This document shows positions 1-9,351 of a stretch of DNA of 48,136 nucleotides, one piece after another. This stretch comes from Candidatus Woesearchaeota archaeon (GTDB lineage: Archaea > Nanobdellota > Nanobdellia > Woesearchaeales > UBA12501): assembly GCA_014729495.1 (NCBI GenBank), contig WJJV01000112.1:1-48136 (forward strand). Direction: 5' to 3'. A program made the translations under genes and the position numbers. A model generated the notes under the pieces. The model was not told the DNA's origin, ran no database searches, and saw only the letters and a list, made by a program, of their open reading frames with translations. The first letter of the stretch is position 1, and each line of letters opens with the position of its first letter.

Positions 1-200
1 ACTTTCACTCCTTCATATTCCTTTGGAGCCCGAGGAGCCATCCTGAAATGCACATGAGAGACTGAACCTCCGCTTGGCCCATGATCTGTTATTGCTATCA
101 TCTCCATGCCTTTTGCTTTCGCTTCCTTCATGATGTCATAGATTGTACCATAAGCATGTCCGCTGTGCACTGTATGTATATGAAGATCTATCTTAAGCAT
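1..200 (-). CDS. PHP-domain metal-dependent phosphoesterase, N-terminal part (gene continues past the window start)
   Basis: Absent from the ORF track because there is no stop in the window. Manual minus-strand translation from the ATG at 200-198 gives MLKIDLHIHTVHSGHAYGTIYDIMKEAKAKGMEMIAITDHGPS... This is the HxH ... DH ligand pattern of PHP domains. The start lies 1 nt after the gatC stop, suggesting an operon. Confidence 0.6.
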   Translation of the reverse strand, partial: MLKIDLHIHTVHSGHAYGTIYDIMKEAKAKGMEMIAITDHGPSGGSVSHVHFRMAPRAPKEYEGVK

Positions 201-201
201 T

Positions 202-495
202 TTACACTGCCCTCGGCCCCTTGAAATAGCTGTCTTTCTTGTGCTCTGTGTTCTTCAGTGCATCTTCCTGCGAAAGAGATGGCTTCACAACATCCTCTCT
301 GAGAACATTCCTGAGCTCAACAGGCTGCATGCTGGGCTCAATTCCTTTTGTGTCAACCAGATCAATATGAGAGAAGAATTCCAGAACCTCATTCAGCTGG
401 GGAAGAAACTCTTCTATCTCTGCTTCAGAGAGTTCCAGCCTTGCGTTCTGAGCTACTTTAAGTATAAGCTCCTTGTCAACCTTGACCCCTTTCAT
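202..495 (-). CDS. gatC: Asp/Glu-tRNA amidotransferase subunit C
   Basis: 97 aa. KELILKVAQNARLELSEAEIEEFLPQLNEVLEFFSHIDLVDT..IEP is a typical GatC. A TATA-like TATATAAAAG on the minus strand lies about 25 nt upstream of the ATG. Confidence 0.85.
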   Translation of the reverse strand: MKGVKVDKELILKVAQNARLELSEAEIEEFLPQLNEVLEFFSHIDLVDTKGIEPSMQPVELRNVLREDVVKPSLSQEDALKNTEHKKDSYFKGPRAV

Positions 496-548
496 AGGAT
501 TCCAGAAATATTGTGCTTTTATATAGTTTATGGTGAATTAATGCCAAT

Positions 549-580
549 ACATTTATAAATGAGAATGCTTAAACATTCTC
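549..580 (+). promoter_or_regulatory. TATA-like box (CATTTATAAATG) followed by the palindrome GAGAATG-N6-CATTCTC, upstream of the giant surface-protein gene
   Basis: Read directly: 561-567 GAGAATG and 574-580 CATTCTC. The SD GGGGGAG follows at 583-589, before the ATG at 594. Confidence 0.3.
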
Positions 581-593
581 AAGGGGGAGACAT

Positions 594-3500
594 ATGGGCG
601 CTTCTATGAGAATGTTGATTCTGGCAATCATCCTATGCCTGAGCATGATGATTGCTTCATGCTCTGAACATGGCAGTTCTGACCTGATAACAGGCAAGGC
701 TGTGAAAAGCGTATTTAAAGAGAACAATGATGCAGATGCTCAGGAGGATCTTCTAAAAATCAATAATGGATCCCAGGAAGAGCATGATATAACTGAGATG
801 CCTGCACAAGGATCTAAAGAATGCGGGATTATCAGAGGATCAGCCAGCTCCGGAAACCAGCAGGATTCAGACAGCGCACCCAGAACAGATCATGTCACAA
901 AGATTGTTGAGAACCAGAAAGGAAGGATAGAATTCAAACAGGATATTGATGCATCAAAACATGATATCCTTATTGATGATAATCTTATCTCTGTTGAGCC
1001 TGATCCAGGAGTTGGAGCTTTGCTGACACTGAAAGGTGATTTTGACAGCACACCAATCATTGTGAGAGATGGAGAATACTGCTCTGGATGCAGGATCATT
1101 GACCATTCTGGAGGCAGGGTGGTCTTTGAGGTGCCTCACTTCTCTGAGTATACAGTCATGGAATGCTTCAACCTAACCGATGACTTTGTGATAAATAATC
1201 CAGGAGATTACACCATATGCAGGGACTGGACTGTGGCTGACCAGCAGAATGACAGCGTCATCCTGATAAACTCAAGCAATGTGAGCATAGACTGCAAGGG
1301 TCACAGCATGACAGGAGACAGAACAGGCGTCGGAATCTACATAGGAAACCCTCCAGAGATGGATCACTGGATGAACATCACGCAGAACCTTGAGGATCTC
1401 ATGCCGATACTCAATGACACAGCAGGATTTGTGGAGAACCTAACATACCTCCATAGCATATCAATAAAAAACTGCAATATAAAGGATTTTGAACACGGAA
1501 TGAACATCACTGCGATTGAGAACAGTGAAATAGTGAATAACTCATTTGATAATGCCCCCATGTTCCTGGCGATGAAGGATTCTCTGGTAGAGAACAATGA
1601 GATAAAGAACTCTGTCCTGGGAATGATAGTGATCGCCTCAAATGCGTCTGTCAGGAATAACCTTATCCATAACAACAGCGGAATAGGGCTTGGAGTGGGA
1701 GGCCTGAACAACACAGTTGAATACAATGATGTATTCGGCAACCTTAATGGCATGGCCATGGCAGGATTCAGGAATGTATTCAGGTACAATAATGCGACTG
1801 ATAATCAGGAGAACGGCTTTGGCCTGGTGTTCGCAGCAGACTGCGAAGCATATGGCAATATCTTAACAGGCAATCAGGGCAGCGGGATCAGCATAGCAGA
1901 GTCAAGCAATAATACAATATACAGCAACCTGATGATGGGGAATGATGCAGGAATATCCATGAACGGCCTTTTCGGGCCAGGCCCCTCAGACGGCAACATA
2001 ATAGACAATAATACAATGATCAACAATTCAGTAGGCATGAGAATAAAAGATGGCAGCCTCATGGATCTTTTTGCTGCCATAGGAAACATGCTCTCAAGAG
2101 CATTCACAGGAAAGGCCAGGTATGAAGCACCCCCTCATAGGATCACAGACACAGTCATCACAGGCAACACATTCAGCAATCCTGATGACATGATAGTGGA
2201 GAGCAGGGCATTTGAAAGCAACCTGATCATATACAATGAGTTCAGCAGCAAGGATTCCTGGGACATTTCAGGCCTCAGGCAGGAAAACACTGTGATCTCA
2301 AACAGAGGAGAATGTGATACTGACAATGACTGCGATGACAATGATCCAGACACAATAGATATGTGCAGGGCTTCCACATGCGTCAATGAGATCGCAACTA
2401 TCTATGGAAGGGTTGTTGATGCAGAGACAGGACAGCCTCTTGCAGGCAAGGAGGTATCTATAATACCTGCCTCAGAATGCAATGCAGCAGATGATGAGAC
2501 AGGCCAGGGAGACTGCATACCTGAGCCAAAGTCTGAGCCAGAGGCAGTCACTGACTCCCAGGGCAGGTATGCAGTGGCAGCGCCTCCAGGGATATACCAT
2601 GTGGTGGTGAGCGGCAGCAGGGAGGATACCCTGAACAGGTATGTCGGAAACGAGGTCAGCAGCATAGAGATACCATCAGACGGCCAGATAAAGGTGGTTG
2701 TGGAGCCTGAAAGGATAGAGGCAGGCTTCCACTCAACAGCATATGTCAAAGCAGGCAGCATAACTGCCAAGGTTTTTGATGACAGCCATGTGACGCAGAC
2801 ACCTGTCTTTGTTGATGTGGCAGGTACAGACAATCTGGAATTCGTGATAGAGGTGCAGGGCAATTATCCATACAGGTACACCTACAACCTGTCTTCAATA
2901 GATGCCAACAATCACATTTCATTCTCAGACAATAGATACAGACCGGACAGCATAAATGGATCCAATCAGGCGATAATTGACCAGCTGGATGGAGACACCT
3001 GGAGGCTGTGGTTTGAGGATCTTCCTCCTGGGCATCCCTGGCAGGACAATGACTATGATGATGTGATATTCCTGATTGATTTCATTCCGTCAGGCTCAAA
3101 CAGCACAGGCAATGATACTGACTATGACTGCGATGATGACAGCATTCCGAATTATCTTGATGAGGACGACAGCTGGTGCGACAAAGGCGACGAAGAGACA
3201 GAGATAGTCAATGATACTGTCACAGGGCTTTATACAGAAGGCCATATCCTTTATTCAGGAAGATTCAGCGGAAATAATAGGTACATAGCAGGGGACACTC
3301 TGCAGTTTGTGATCTTTGGCACCAATAATCTCTCGACAAGCGAGAATGTCACTTTCCTGATAGAGGATCACACAATCAACACTGGAGTGAATGGAACAGC
3401 AGCCTATGCAGGCAACACTAGCGATATCAATGAAGTGCTTGAGATACAAAATGATGGGACAAGGCATGAGAGAGTATTCAATCTAACCATCCCTCCATAT

Positions 3501-4265
3501 TTCTCAGCAGAGAATGGGGGCAGGCATGATGTGCATATTGTCCACAATGGATCCAAAGTCCATAAGCTCGGGGACTTCTATGCGATTGCGGATGAACAGC
3601 CTCCTTTTATATGGGCAGAGGATAAGACAGGCTACACAAATGAGACAATATCAATAATGTACAATGCATATGACCCGCCTATGGAAGGCACTGTTGTCTT
3701 CCTGACTGGAGGCTCTAACAGCGATGTGACTGTAAATGTTGATCAAGACAACAACGGAGATTTTGATTATTCAATAGATGGAGGGCTTAATGAGATCCAG
3801 CTCAACTTCACTGAAAGCGGCCATTATCAGATCAAGTTCGCTATAAATGATTCAGGCGGGAACTATGTTGAGACATATTCAGATGTCAGTGTGTGGATCA
3901 CTGAGGATGAGGCTGACATTATCGGAATGTCAGTCTATTCCATGTTTGCAGATCTGTACGGCCTGATGGGATATGATTTCAGCCATACTGTCGGAGCTTC
4001 AAATCCCATAGTGTATTCAGAATGGGACAGGTTCAATATCATCCAGGAGAATCTTGGAGATGAGTACATCACACCAGGAAATGGAGATGATCTCACACAG
4101 GCAGAGATTGATGGACTGCAGAATGTGATTGATGCATGCAACGGACCTGAATACGTGAAGACAATACCTCCTTCAACAGCTGAAGAGTTCAACCAGACAC
4201 TCTTTAGCTTCCTTATGCACCTGCAATGTGATTGCGGCATGCCTTTGACAGGCCCTTCTTGTTAA
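594..4265 (+). CDS. Giant secreted or lipid-anchored surface protein with parallel beta-helix repeats and a CarboxypepD_reg-like domain
   Basis: 1223-aa ORF with a strong SD. It has an N-terminal signal peptide with a lipobox-like MIASC. Repeated N-rich ~22-aa turns (NNS.IG..V.G.NN..) resemble NosD/PbH1 beta-helix. IYGRVVDAETGQPLAGKEVSI resembles carboxypeptidase-regulatory domains. There are D/C-rich linkers and many N-x-S/T sequons. Confidence 0.7.
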   Translation: MGASMRMLILAIILCLSMMIASCSEHGSSDLITGKAVKSVFKENNDADAQEDLLKINNGSQEEHDITEMPAQGSKECGIIRGSASSGNQQDSDSAPRTDHVTKIVENQKGRIEFKQDIDASKHDILIDDNLISVEPDPGVGALLTLKGDFDSTPIIVRDGEYCSGCRIIDHSGGRVVFEVPHFSEYTVMECFNLTDDFVINNPGDYTICRDWTVADQQNDSVILINSSNVSIDCKGHSMTGDRTGVGIYIGNPPEMDHWMNITQNLEDLMPILNDTAGFVENLTYLHSISIKNCNIKDFEHGMNITAIENSEIVNNSFDNAPMFLAMKDSLVENNEIKNSVLGMIVIASNASVRNNLIHNNSGIGLGVGGLNNTVEYNDVFGNLNGMAMAGFRNVFRYNNATDNQENGFGLVFAADCEAYGNILTGNQGSGISIAESSNNTIYSNLMMGNDAGISMNGLFGPGPSDGNIIDNNTMINNSVGMRIKDGSLMDLFAAIGNMLSRAFTGKARYEAPPHRITDTVITGNTFSNPDDMIVESRAFESNLIIYNEFSSKDSWDISGLRQENTVISNRGECDTDNDCDDNDPDTIDMCRASTCVNEIATIYGRVVDAETGQPLAGKEVSIIPASECNAADDETGQGDCIPEPKSEPEAVTDSQGRYAVAAPPGIYHVVVSGSREDTLNRYVGNEVSSIEIPSDGQIKVVVEPERIEAGFHSTAYVKAGSITAKVFDDSHVTQTPVFVDVAGTDNLEFVIEVQGNYPYRYTYNLSSIDANNHISFSDNRYRPDSINGSNQAIIDQLDGDTWRLWFEDLPPGHPWQDNDYDDVIFLIDFIPSGSNSTGNDTDYDCDDDSIPNYLDEDDSWCDKGDEETEIVNDTVTGLYTEGHILYSGRFSGNNRYIAGDTLQFVIFGTNNLSTSENVTFLIEDHTINTGVNGTAAYAGNTSDINEVLEIQNDGTRHERVFNLTIPPYFSAENGGRHDVHIVHNGSKVHKLGDFYAIADEQPPFIWAEDKTGYTNETISIMYNAYDPPMEGTVVFLTGGSNSDVTVNVDQDNNGDFDYSIDGGLNEIQLNFTESGHYQIKFAINDSGGNYVETYSDVSVWITEDEADIIGMSVYSMFADLYGLMGYDFSHTVGASNPIVYSEWDRFNIIQENLGDEYITPGNGDDLTQAEIDGLQNVIDACNGPEYVKTIPPSTAEEFNQTLFSFLMHLQCDCGMPLTGPSC

Positions 4266-4313
4266 CTTATTAACCAAAAATTTATAAGTAACTTATTCTG
4301 TTAACCTGTTAAC
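4261..4313. promoter_or_regulatory. Two GTTAA-N4-TTAAC palindromes flanking a TATA-like box, abutting the start of the small ORF
   Basis: 4261-4274 GTTAACTTATTAAC and 4300-4313 GTTAACCTGTTAAC, with TTTATAAG at 4281-4288. The ATG at 4314 immediately follows site 2, giving a leaderless-like geometry. Confidence 0.4.
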
Positions 4314-4574
4314 ATGGCTAAAAAAGAGTCTGGATTCTCTCAGAATTATGCTATCTACACCTATGATATCTCAGATCTTGAACCAAGCAAAAGAGTGAGA
4401 TTTGTCTATGCCCTCAAAGGCAGAGGTGATGAGAAAGGCCTTATAGAAGAGCTGGGAGGCATTTTCCTGGTGCCTGGCTGCTTCAGGATCCCTGCTGCAA
4501 AGAGCAGAGAGATAGACTCAGTATTCAGACTCTGGAAGGTCAGGAATAAGAGATACAAAGCGTTAATGGATTAA
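4314..4574 (+). CDS. Small basic hypothetical protein (86 aa), possible DNA-binding regulator
   Basis: The ORF sits between the two giant surface-protein genes and is K/R-rich. The beta-alpha-beta-like start YAIYTYDISDLEPSKRVRFVYALKG is weakly reminiscent of Cas2/ferredoxin-like folds (unverified). It is bracketed by four operator-like palindromes. Confidence 0.6.
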   Translation: MAKKESGFSQNYAIYTYDISDLEPSKRVRFVYALKGRGDEKGLIEELGGIFLVPGCFRIPAAKSREIDSVFRLWKVRNKRYKALMD

Positions 4575-4614
4575 CACAATAGGATAAAAGGCATAGTTAT
4601 GTTAACATATTAAC
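4562..4614. promoter_or_regulatory. Two further GTTAA-N4-TTAAC palindromes upstream of the subtilisin gene
   Basis: 4562-4575 GTTAATGGATTAAC (overlaps the stop of the small ORF) and 4601-4614 GTTAACATATTAAC. The SD AAGAGG and the ATG at 4649 follow. Confidence 0.4.
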
Positions 4615-4648
4615 AAGAAGAGGCAACAGCACCAAAAAGAGGCAGGAA

Positions 4649-7600
4649 ATGGGCAGTGATGATAGGATAGAACAGCTGATCAAAGAGCATGACAGGACTG
4701 ATGATGAATATGCTTCAGGAAAAGAGAGGATAAGCAGGCTGCAGTATGCTGTTATGTTTCTTGCACTGGCTTTTATGCTCTTTGGATTCTTCCTTATCAT
4801 AGAATACGGCGTGAGCCATACAGGGTATGCTGTGATAGAACAGAGCGGTAAAGTTGAGAGTGATGTTATAGAGGATCTTAAGGAAGGCGGAGAAGCAAGG
4901 GTGATCATAGTCCTTGAAGAGAATGAAGACAGCAGGAAGCAGGATTTCACTGGAATGAATCCTGAAGAGGTGGAAGATAAAATCAGGGAAAAGAAAGAGA
5001 AAGTCAAAGAAGCGCAGAAAGAGATAATAGATGATATCTCTGAGAGACCAGACAAGAAAGTAGGGATAAAACGCGCTTTTGAGCTTACAAATGCATTGAG
5101 CGCCAATGTGACAAAAGAAGGCATAGAAGAGCTGATAAAGAACAACAAGGTAAAAGAGATAATCAGGGACAGGCCAATAAGCATATCTCTCAGCGACACT
5201 ATCAGCATGATAAATGCTGATGATGTGCACCAGATGAGCATAAGCGGGACCAGCATTGAAGGACAGGGTATCAGTGTCTGTGTCATAGACACAGGGGTTG
5301 CTTACACACACTCAGCATTTGGCAGCTGCGCAAACACAACAGATATCAATGATGGATCATGCCAAAAAGTGGTTGGAGGATATGATTTCGTGAATGAAGA
5401 TTTCAATCCTCTGGATGATAATGGACATGGAACCCATGTTGCAGGAATAATCGCATCAGAGGATGCTGCTTACAAAGGGATAGCTCCCAAAGCAGGCATT
5501 GTGGCAATAAAGTCACTTGACAGCAATGGAAGCGGTTTTGAATCTGATGTGGCCAGCGGAATAGAGTGGTGCATCAGCAATTCCACGCTTCTGAACATAT
5601 CAGTGATAAGCATGAGCCTCGGAGAAGGCCAGTATACAGATGACAACTGCCCATCTACTTTTGATTCAGCGATAAACGCTGCCAATGCTCTTGGCATAAT
5701 GGTGGTTGCTGCTTCAGGAAACAACAATAATGATGATGCGATAAGCTCTCCTGCATGCTCTCCTAATGTCACATCTGTAGGGGCAGTTACAAAGACAGAC
5801 AGCATACCCAGCTTCTCGAACAGCCACCCTATCCTTGACCTTCTTGCTCCTGGAGTTTCTGTGGTATCAGCAGTGCCTCCTGAGAGCTACTGCACAGGAG
5901 ATCCAGGAGAGGCAAGCTGCAGTGACTCTCTATTCATGAGCCTGCAGGGAACATCCATGGCAACACCCCATGCAGCAGGAGCAGCTGCTCTGATATACCA
6001 GTATGAGAAGCTTCTGAGCAGCAGGAATGCCACCCCTTCAGGAATAGAGAGAATCCTCAAGAGGACAGGGATCAGCATAGATGACACCAGAAACAGCCTT
6101 TCTTTTCCAAGAATAGATGTGCTTAGTGCAGTCAATGCTGTCCTTCAGATCAATGAATCAGAGAACTCAGTGAATGATGCCCAGAATAATGCAAGAGTGG
6201 TCTTCAGGACAGGCACAGACCTGGAAAGGGCTTCAGAAGCATTTATCATAGAGGAAAATCTCATAAGCCTGAATTCATCTGCATACCCTGAATTCAACAA
6301 GCCAGCAGACCTTATCCTATACAATCTGGACTTTGCCAAGACACCGGTTGTACTGAAGGATGGAGTCGCGTGCGCAATCCCAGACTGCAATGTCACATCC
6401 TATGATGGAAACCTTAGCTTCTCTGTCGCAGGATTCTCAAACTATACCTCAGGAGCAAATGCCAAGCTGAGCATATTTGATGAAGTAGATAATGGGACTA
6501 CAAGATACACGCATGAGAACATAACATTCTATGCCAACTACACCAACATGACATCAGGAGATCCCATAAGCACAGCAGTCTGCAACATAACATTTGATGA
6601 CATGACAAACTCAACAATGACCTATGAATCCTCAACAGGATTCTATAATTACACCAGGGAATTCCTGACAGCAGACCTGTATCATTGGAATGTGAGCTGC
6701 GAAGACAGTGATGCAGAGCCGTTGAACACAACAGATGACATAACAGTCCTGCCTGGCTGCGGCCTGCCCCCTCCAGGCATTGACTGGAACATATCAGATG
6801 CTACTGTCAACTGCAACAATGAGAATCTTTATTTCCAGAATCAGAGCCTTATTGTCCAGGGCAATTCTACTTTGATACTGAACAACAGCCTGCTGACCCT
6901 CAATCAGTCCCCGTCTGATCAGAACATAACAATAATGAACAGCACAAAGCTGATAGCATATGATTCAAGAATACAAAGCCAGGCTGCCCCATACAACTTT
7001 GATATCATTGTGTACGGAAACTGCACTCTCTTCAATGTCACAGGAAACCAGTCACAGTATCACTTCAAGGCCAGTTCAAGCAGAATACAAAATTCTGCTT
7101 TTCAGGATTATATGTATTTTGAGGGCAATTCTGCAGTAGAGGTATATGATTCTGTATTCAATGGCAGGGTGTTCTCGCAGGAATCTGCAGTGCTAAAGAC
7201 AGATAACTCCACATACAATGATTATGTGTTCCTGATGGGATCATCAGACAACACCATAAGCAACTCAGCATTCAATAGCAGGCTGTATTTTGATGACGCC
7301 TCAGTCACAAATTTCACAACACCCGGCTCTTTAGTATCTGCGGCCTATTTCCAGGCAGCTTCACCAGCAATATACGGCCATGCAGATATGCCTGATACTG
7401 CTTCTTTCTATCAGGCCGGGACAATGACCACAAGACACTACCCAATCCAGATCAATTACACAAGCGGAAATCCTGTGAACCGCACGCAGGTAAATATCAC
7501 TAATTCTTCCAGCAGTGCCCTGATGTGGACAGGTTATACTGACGAGAACGGTCTTGCGGATGCTGTGCTTAAGTTCAGCTCAGATAACTACACTGAGAAT

Positions 7601-8509
7601 CTCACAGTATCTGTCAATCCTTCAGAGAACATAAGCCTGATGACAGACACACCAATGATCATGACTCTTCCTGATCCTGAATACTGCGGAGATGGCATAA
7701 AAAATGGTGCTGAGCAGTGCGATGGCTCTGACCTCGGAGGGGCATCATGCGCTGACTTCGGATTTGACACAGGGACACTTGGATGCACTGCTGCATGCAA
7801 TCACAATACAGCAGGATGCTCTGATAATGATGACAGTGGCTCAGGGAGCAGAGGAGGATTCAATTGCGAGATGGAGTGGGTGTGCTCTGAATGGAGCGGA
7901 TGCATTGACGGAAAGAGCACCAGGAACTGCACAGACATGAATAAGTGCACAGGCAGCTATGAGAAGATACAGGAGAAGACCTGCCATGAGATAGAAAAGC
8001 AGGATGAGGATGATGGCATCATGCCTGCATCAGACAGGGCAGGTGAACAACAGCACGCAAGCATGCCTGAAGAAGAGGCTGCACCAAGGACAGAAAATCC
8101 AGGAATCCCAGGATTCAGCTATCTCATCATTCTTCCGATAATCTTCCTGCCCCTGCTGCTTATAGGCCTGCCAAGAAGAGTGGTGTTCGCAGAAGAGGAA
8201 GTGCTCAAGCGCATGATAAGCAAGGGTCATCATAAGAGATACTCAAGGATACACGTGACTGAGGATGTACATCAAAGATACAGCACACACCCCAATATAA
8301 TGCCAAGAAAATTTGATCCAAAGAATCATGGCATCATAATATCCCTTCTAAAGACAGAGTATGGAATGGAGCATGAGCTTGCAGAGCTGACTGCCATTGC
8401 AAGCAGGCATCTTTTTGCCACAGTGCTGACAAACAAGGAAGTTCCTGATGAGCTCAAGCACAGGTTCAGAAGAATAAGGTTCCGGAACCCTGTTGCAAGG
8501 TCCAGATGA
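4649..8509 (+). CDS. Membrane-anchored S8 subtilisin-like serine protease with a long glycosylation-rich stalk, Cys-rich repeats, a C-terminal TM segment and a cytoplasmic tail
   Basis: The catalytic triad contexts are present: VIDTGV, HGTHVAGI, GTSMATPHAAG. There is an N-terminal TM segment plus an I9-like propeptide and dozens of N-x-S/T sequons. The Cys-rich CGDGIKNGAEQCDG... repeat is followed by the TM segment FSYLIILPIIFLPLLLIGL and a ~113-aa tail. Confidence 0.9.
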   Translation: MGSDDRIEQLIKEHDRTDDEYASGKERISRLQYAVMFLALAFMLFGFFLIIEYGVSHTGYAVIEQSGKVESDVIEDLKEGGEARVIIVLEENEDSRKQDFTGMNPEEVEDKIREKKEKVKEAQKEIIDDISERPDKKVGIKRAFELTNALSANVTKEGIEELIKNNKVKEIIRDRPISISLSDTISMINADDVHQMSISGTSIEGQGISVCVIDTGVAYTHSAFGSCANTTDINDGSCQKVVGGYDFVNEDFNPLDDNGHGTHVAGIIASEDAAYKGIAPKAGIVAIKSLDSNGSGFESDVASGIEWCISNSTLLNISVISMSLGEGQYTDDNCPSTFDSAINAANALGIMVVAASGNNNNDDAISSPACSPNVTSVGAVTKTDSIPSFSNSHPILDLLAPGVSVVSAVPPESYCTGDPGEASCSDSLFMSLQGTSMATPHAAGAAALIYQYEKLLSSRNATPSGIERILKRTGISIDDTRNSLSFPRIDVLSAVNAVLQINESENSVNDAQNNARVVFRTGTDLERASEAFIIEENLISLNSSAYPEFNKPADLILYNLDFAKTPVVLKDGVACAIPDCNVTSYDGNLSFSVAGFSNYTSGANAKLSIFDEVDNGTTRYTHENITFYANYTNMTSGDPISTAVCNITFDDMTNSTMTYESSTGFYNYTREFLTADLYHWNVSCEDSDAEPLNTTDDITVLPGCGLPPPGIDWNISDATVNCNNENLYFQNQSLIVQGNSTLILNNSLLTLNQSPSDQNITIMNSTKLIAYDSRIQSQAAPYNFDIIVYGNCTLFNVTGNQSQYHFKASSSRIQNSAFQDYMYFEGNSAVEVYDSVFNGRVFSQESAVLKTDNSTYNDYVFLMGSSDNTISNSAFNSRLYFDDASVTNFTTPGSLVSAAYFQAASPAIYGHADMPDTASFYQAGTMTTRHYPIQINYTSGNPVNRTQVNITNSSSSALMWTGYTDENGLADAVLKFSSDNYTENLTVSVNPSENISLMTDTPMIMTLPDPEYCGDGIKNGAEQCDGSDLGGASCADFGFDTGTLGCTAACNHNTAGCSDNDDSGSGSRGGFNCEMEWVCSEWSGCIDGKSTRNCTDMNKCTGSYEKIQEKTCHEIEKQDEDDGIMPASDRAGEQQHASMPEEEAAPRTENPGIPGFSYLIILPIIFLPLLLIGLPRRVVFAEEEVLKRMISKGHHKRYSRIHVTEDVHQRYSTHPNIMPRKFDPKNHGIIISLLKTEYGMEHELAELTAIASRHLFATVLTNKEVPDELKHRFRRIRFRNPVARSR

Positions 8510-8542
8510 GCATAAGAGAATGCCAGACTGAGAATTCAGGCA

Positions 8543-9241
8543 TCACTTTATGCTGTGCACAACAAGGCCTTTGCTGGTTATCTCCAGAGGGTGGATGTCC
8601 TCATCATTCTTTGTCTTTCTCATCTTTCTCACAAGAAGGCTTCTTGAAAGGTCTCCGCCCATGGACTCATAGATGACATGGATTATTCCGTCGCAGATAA
8701 ACTCTGATATGCTGTCCTTTGAGAGGGACTTGTCATCTGCTGTATGGCTTATCAGCATTGAGGTCACATTGCTGCTCCTTTTGATGCTGTTCACGAAGCT
8801 GTAGATGAACCTGTTCATGGCAGTCTGAGGATTCTGGACAGTATAAGGAGAGTTTATGGCAAGCGTTGAGAGAGAGTCTATCACTACCCTGTTTATCCTT
8901 TCATCCTTGATCATCTTGATTATATCGTTCACTGTATTGTTGCTTATCTCTTCTGCAGGGATGCACAGGAACTTGACAATGCCTTTGGACACATGCTTCT
9001 TGACGTCCAGATTCAACTGCTCTGCCTGCTCTGTAATGCTTTCAGAAGACTCTTCAAATGAGATATAGAGCCCTTTTTCCCCGAACTTCTCTGCACCTCT
9101 GCTGATGAACTCAACGCCGAATATGGTCTTGCCTGTGCCAGGTGTTCCTGACATGAGAATGCAGCTGCCTTTTGGCAGTCCTCCTTCAACCAGATTATCA
9201 AATCCTCTGATTCCTGTCTTTATCCTTTCAATAACAACCAT
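8543..9241 (-). CDS. KaiC-like / RecA-superfamily single-domain ATPase
   Basis: IKTGIRGFDNLVEGGLPKGS, Walker A GTPGTGKT, Walker B RVVIDSL. The C-terminal SRSLLVRKMRKTKNDEDIHPLEITSKGL is near-identical to the paralog at 16023-16775. The ORF track starts at 9286, but a minus-strand TTTATTTATAT box about 25 nt upstream favours the ATG at 9241 (MVVIERIK). Confidence 0.8.
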   Translation of the reverse strand: MVVIERIKTGIRGFDNLVEGGLPKGSCILMSGTPGTGKTIFGVEFISRGAEKFGEKGLYISFEESSESITEQAEQLNLDVKKHVSKGIVKFLCIPAEEISNNTVNDIIKMIKDERINRVVIDSLSTLAINSPYTVQNPQTAMNRFIYSFVNSIKRSSNVTSMLISHTADDKSLSKDSISEFICDGIIHVIYESMGGDLSRSLLVRKMRKTKNDEDIHPLEITSKGLVVHSIK

Positions 9242-9351
9242 TACATAGACAATGTGCAGATATAAATAAAAGGTTTTCGGATTCATACCATCCCTAAACA
9301 GTTACTAAGATTATAAGAAAATGAAACAAATCCATCTATAGCAGAAAATGA

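Noticed and set aside
4314-4574. Calling the 86-aa protein Cas2
   Set aside because: Only the N-terminal Y.IYTYDIS strand and the following helix resemble Cas2. There is no CRISPR array or other cas gene, and the similarity is too weak to assert without a profile search.
4597-5311. The 231-aa and 198-aa minus-strand ORFs; similarly 17045-17629 (+), 20579-21091 (+), 46677-47246 (-) and 38355-38825 (-)
   Set aside because: All lie antisense within strongly supported genes (subtilisin, PAS sensor, aspS, PEP-domain protein, ATPase/platform). All have Ser/Leu/Phe/Ile-biased, low-complexity shadow-frame translations.
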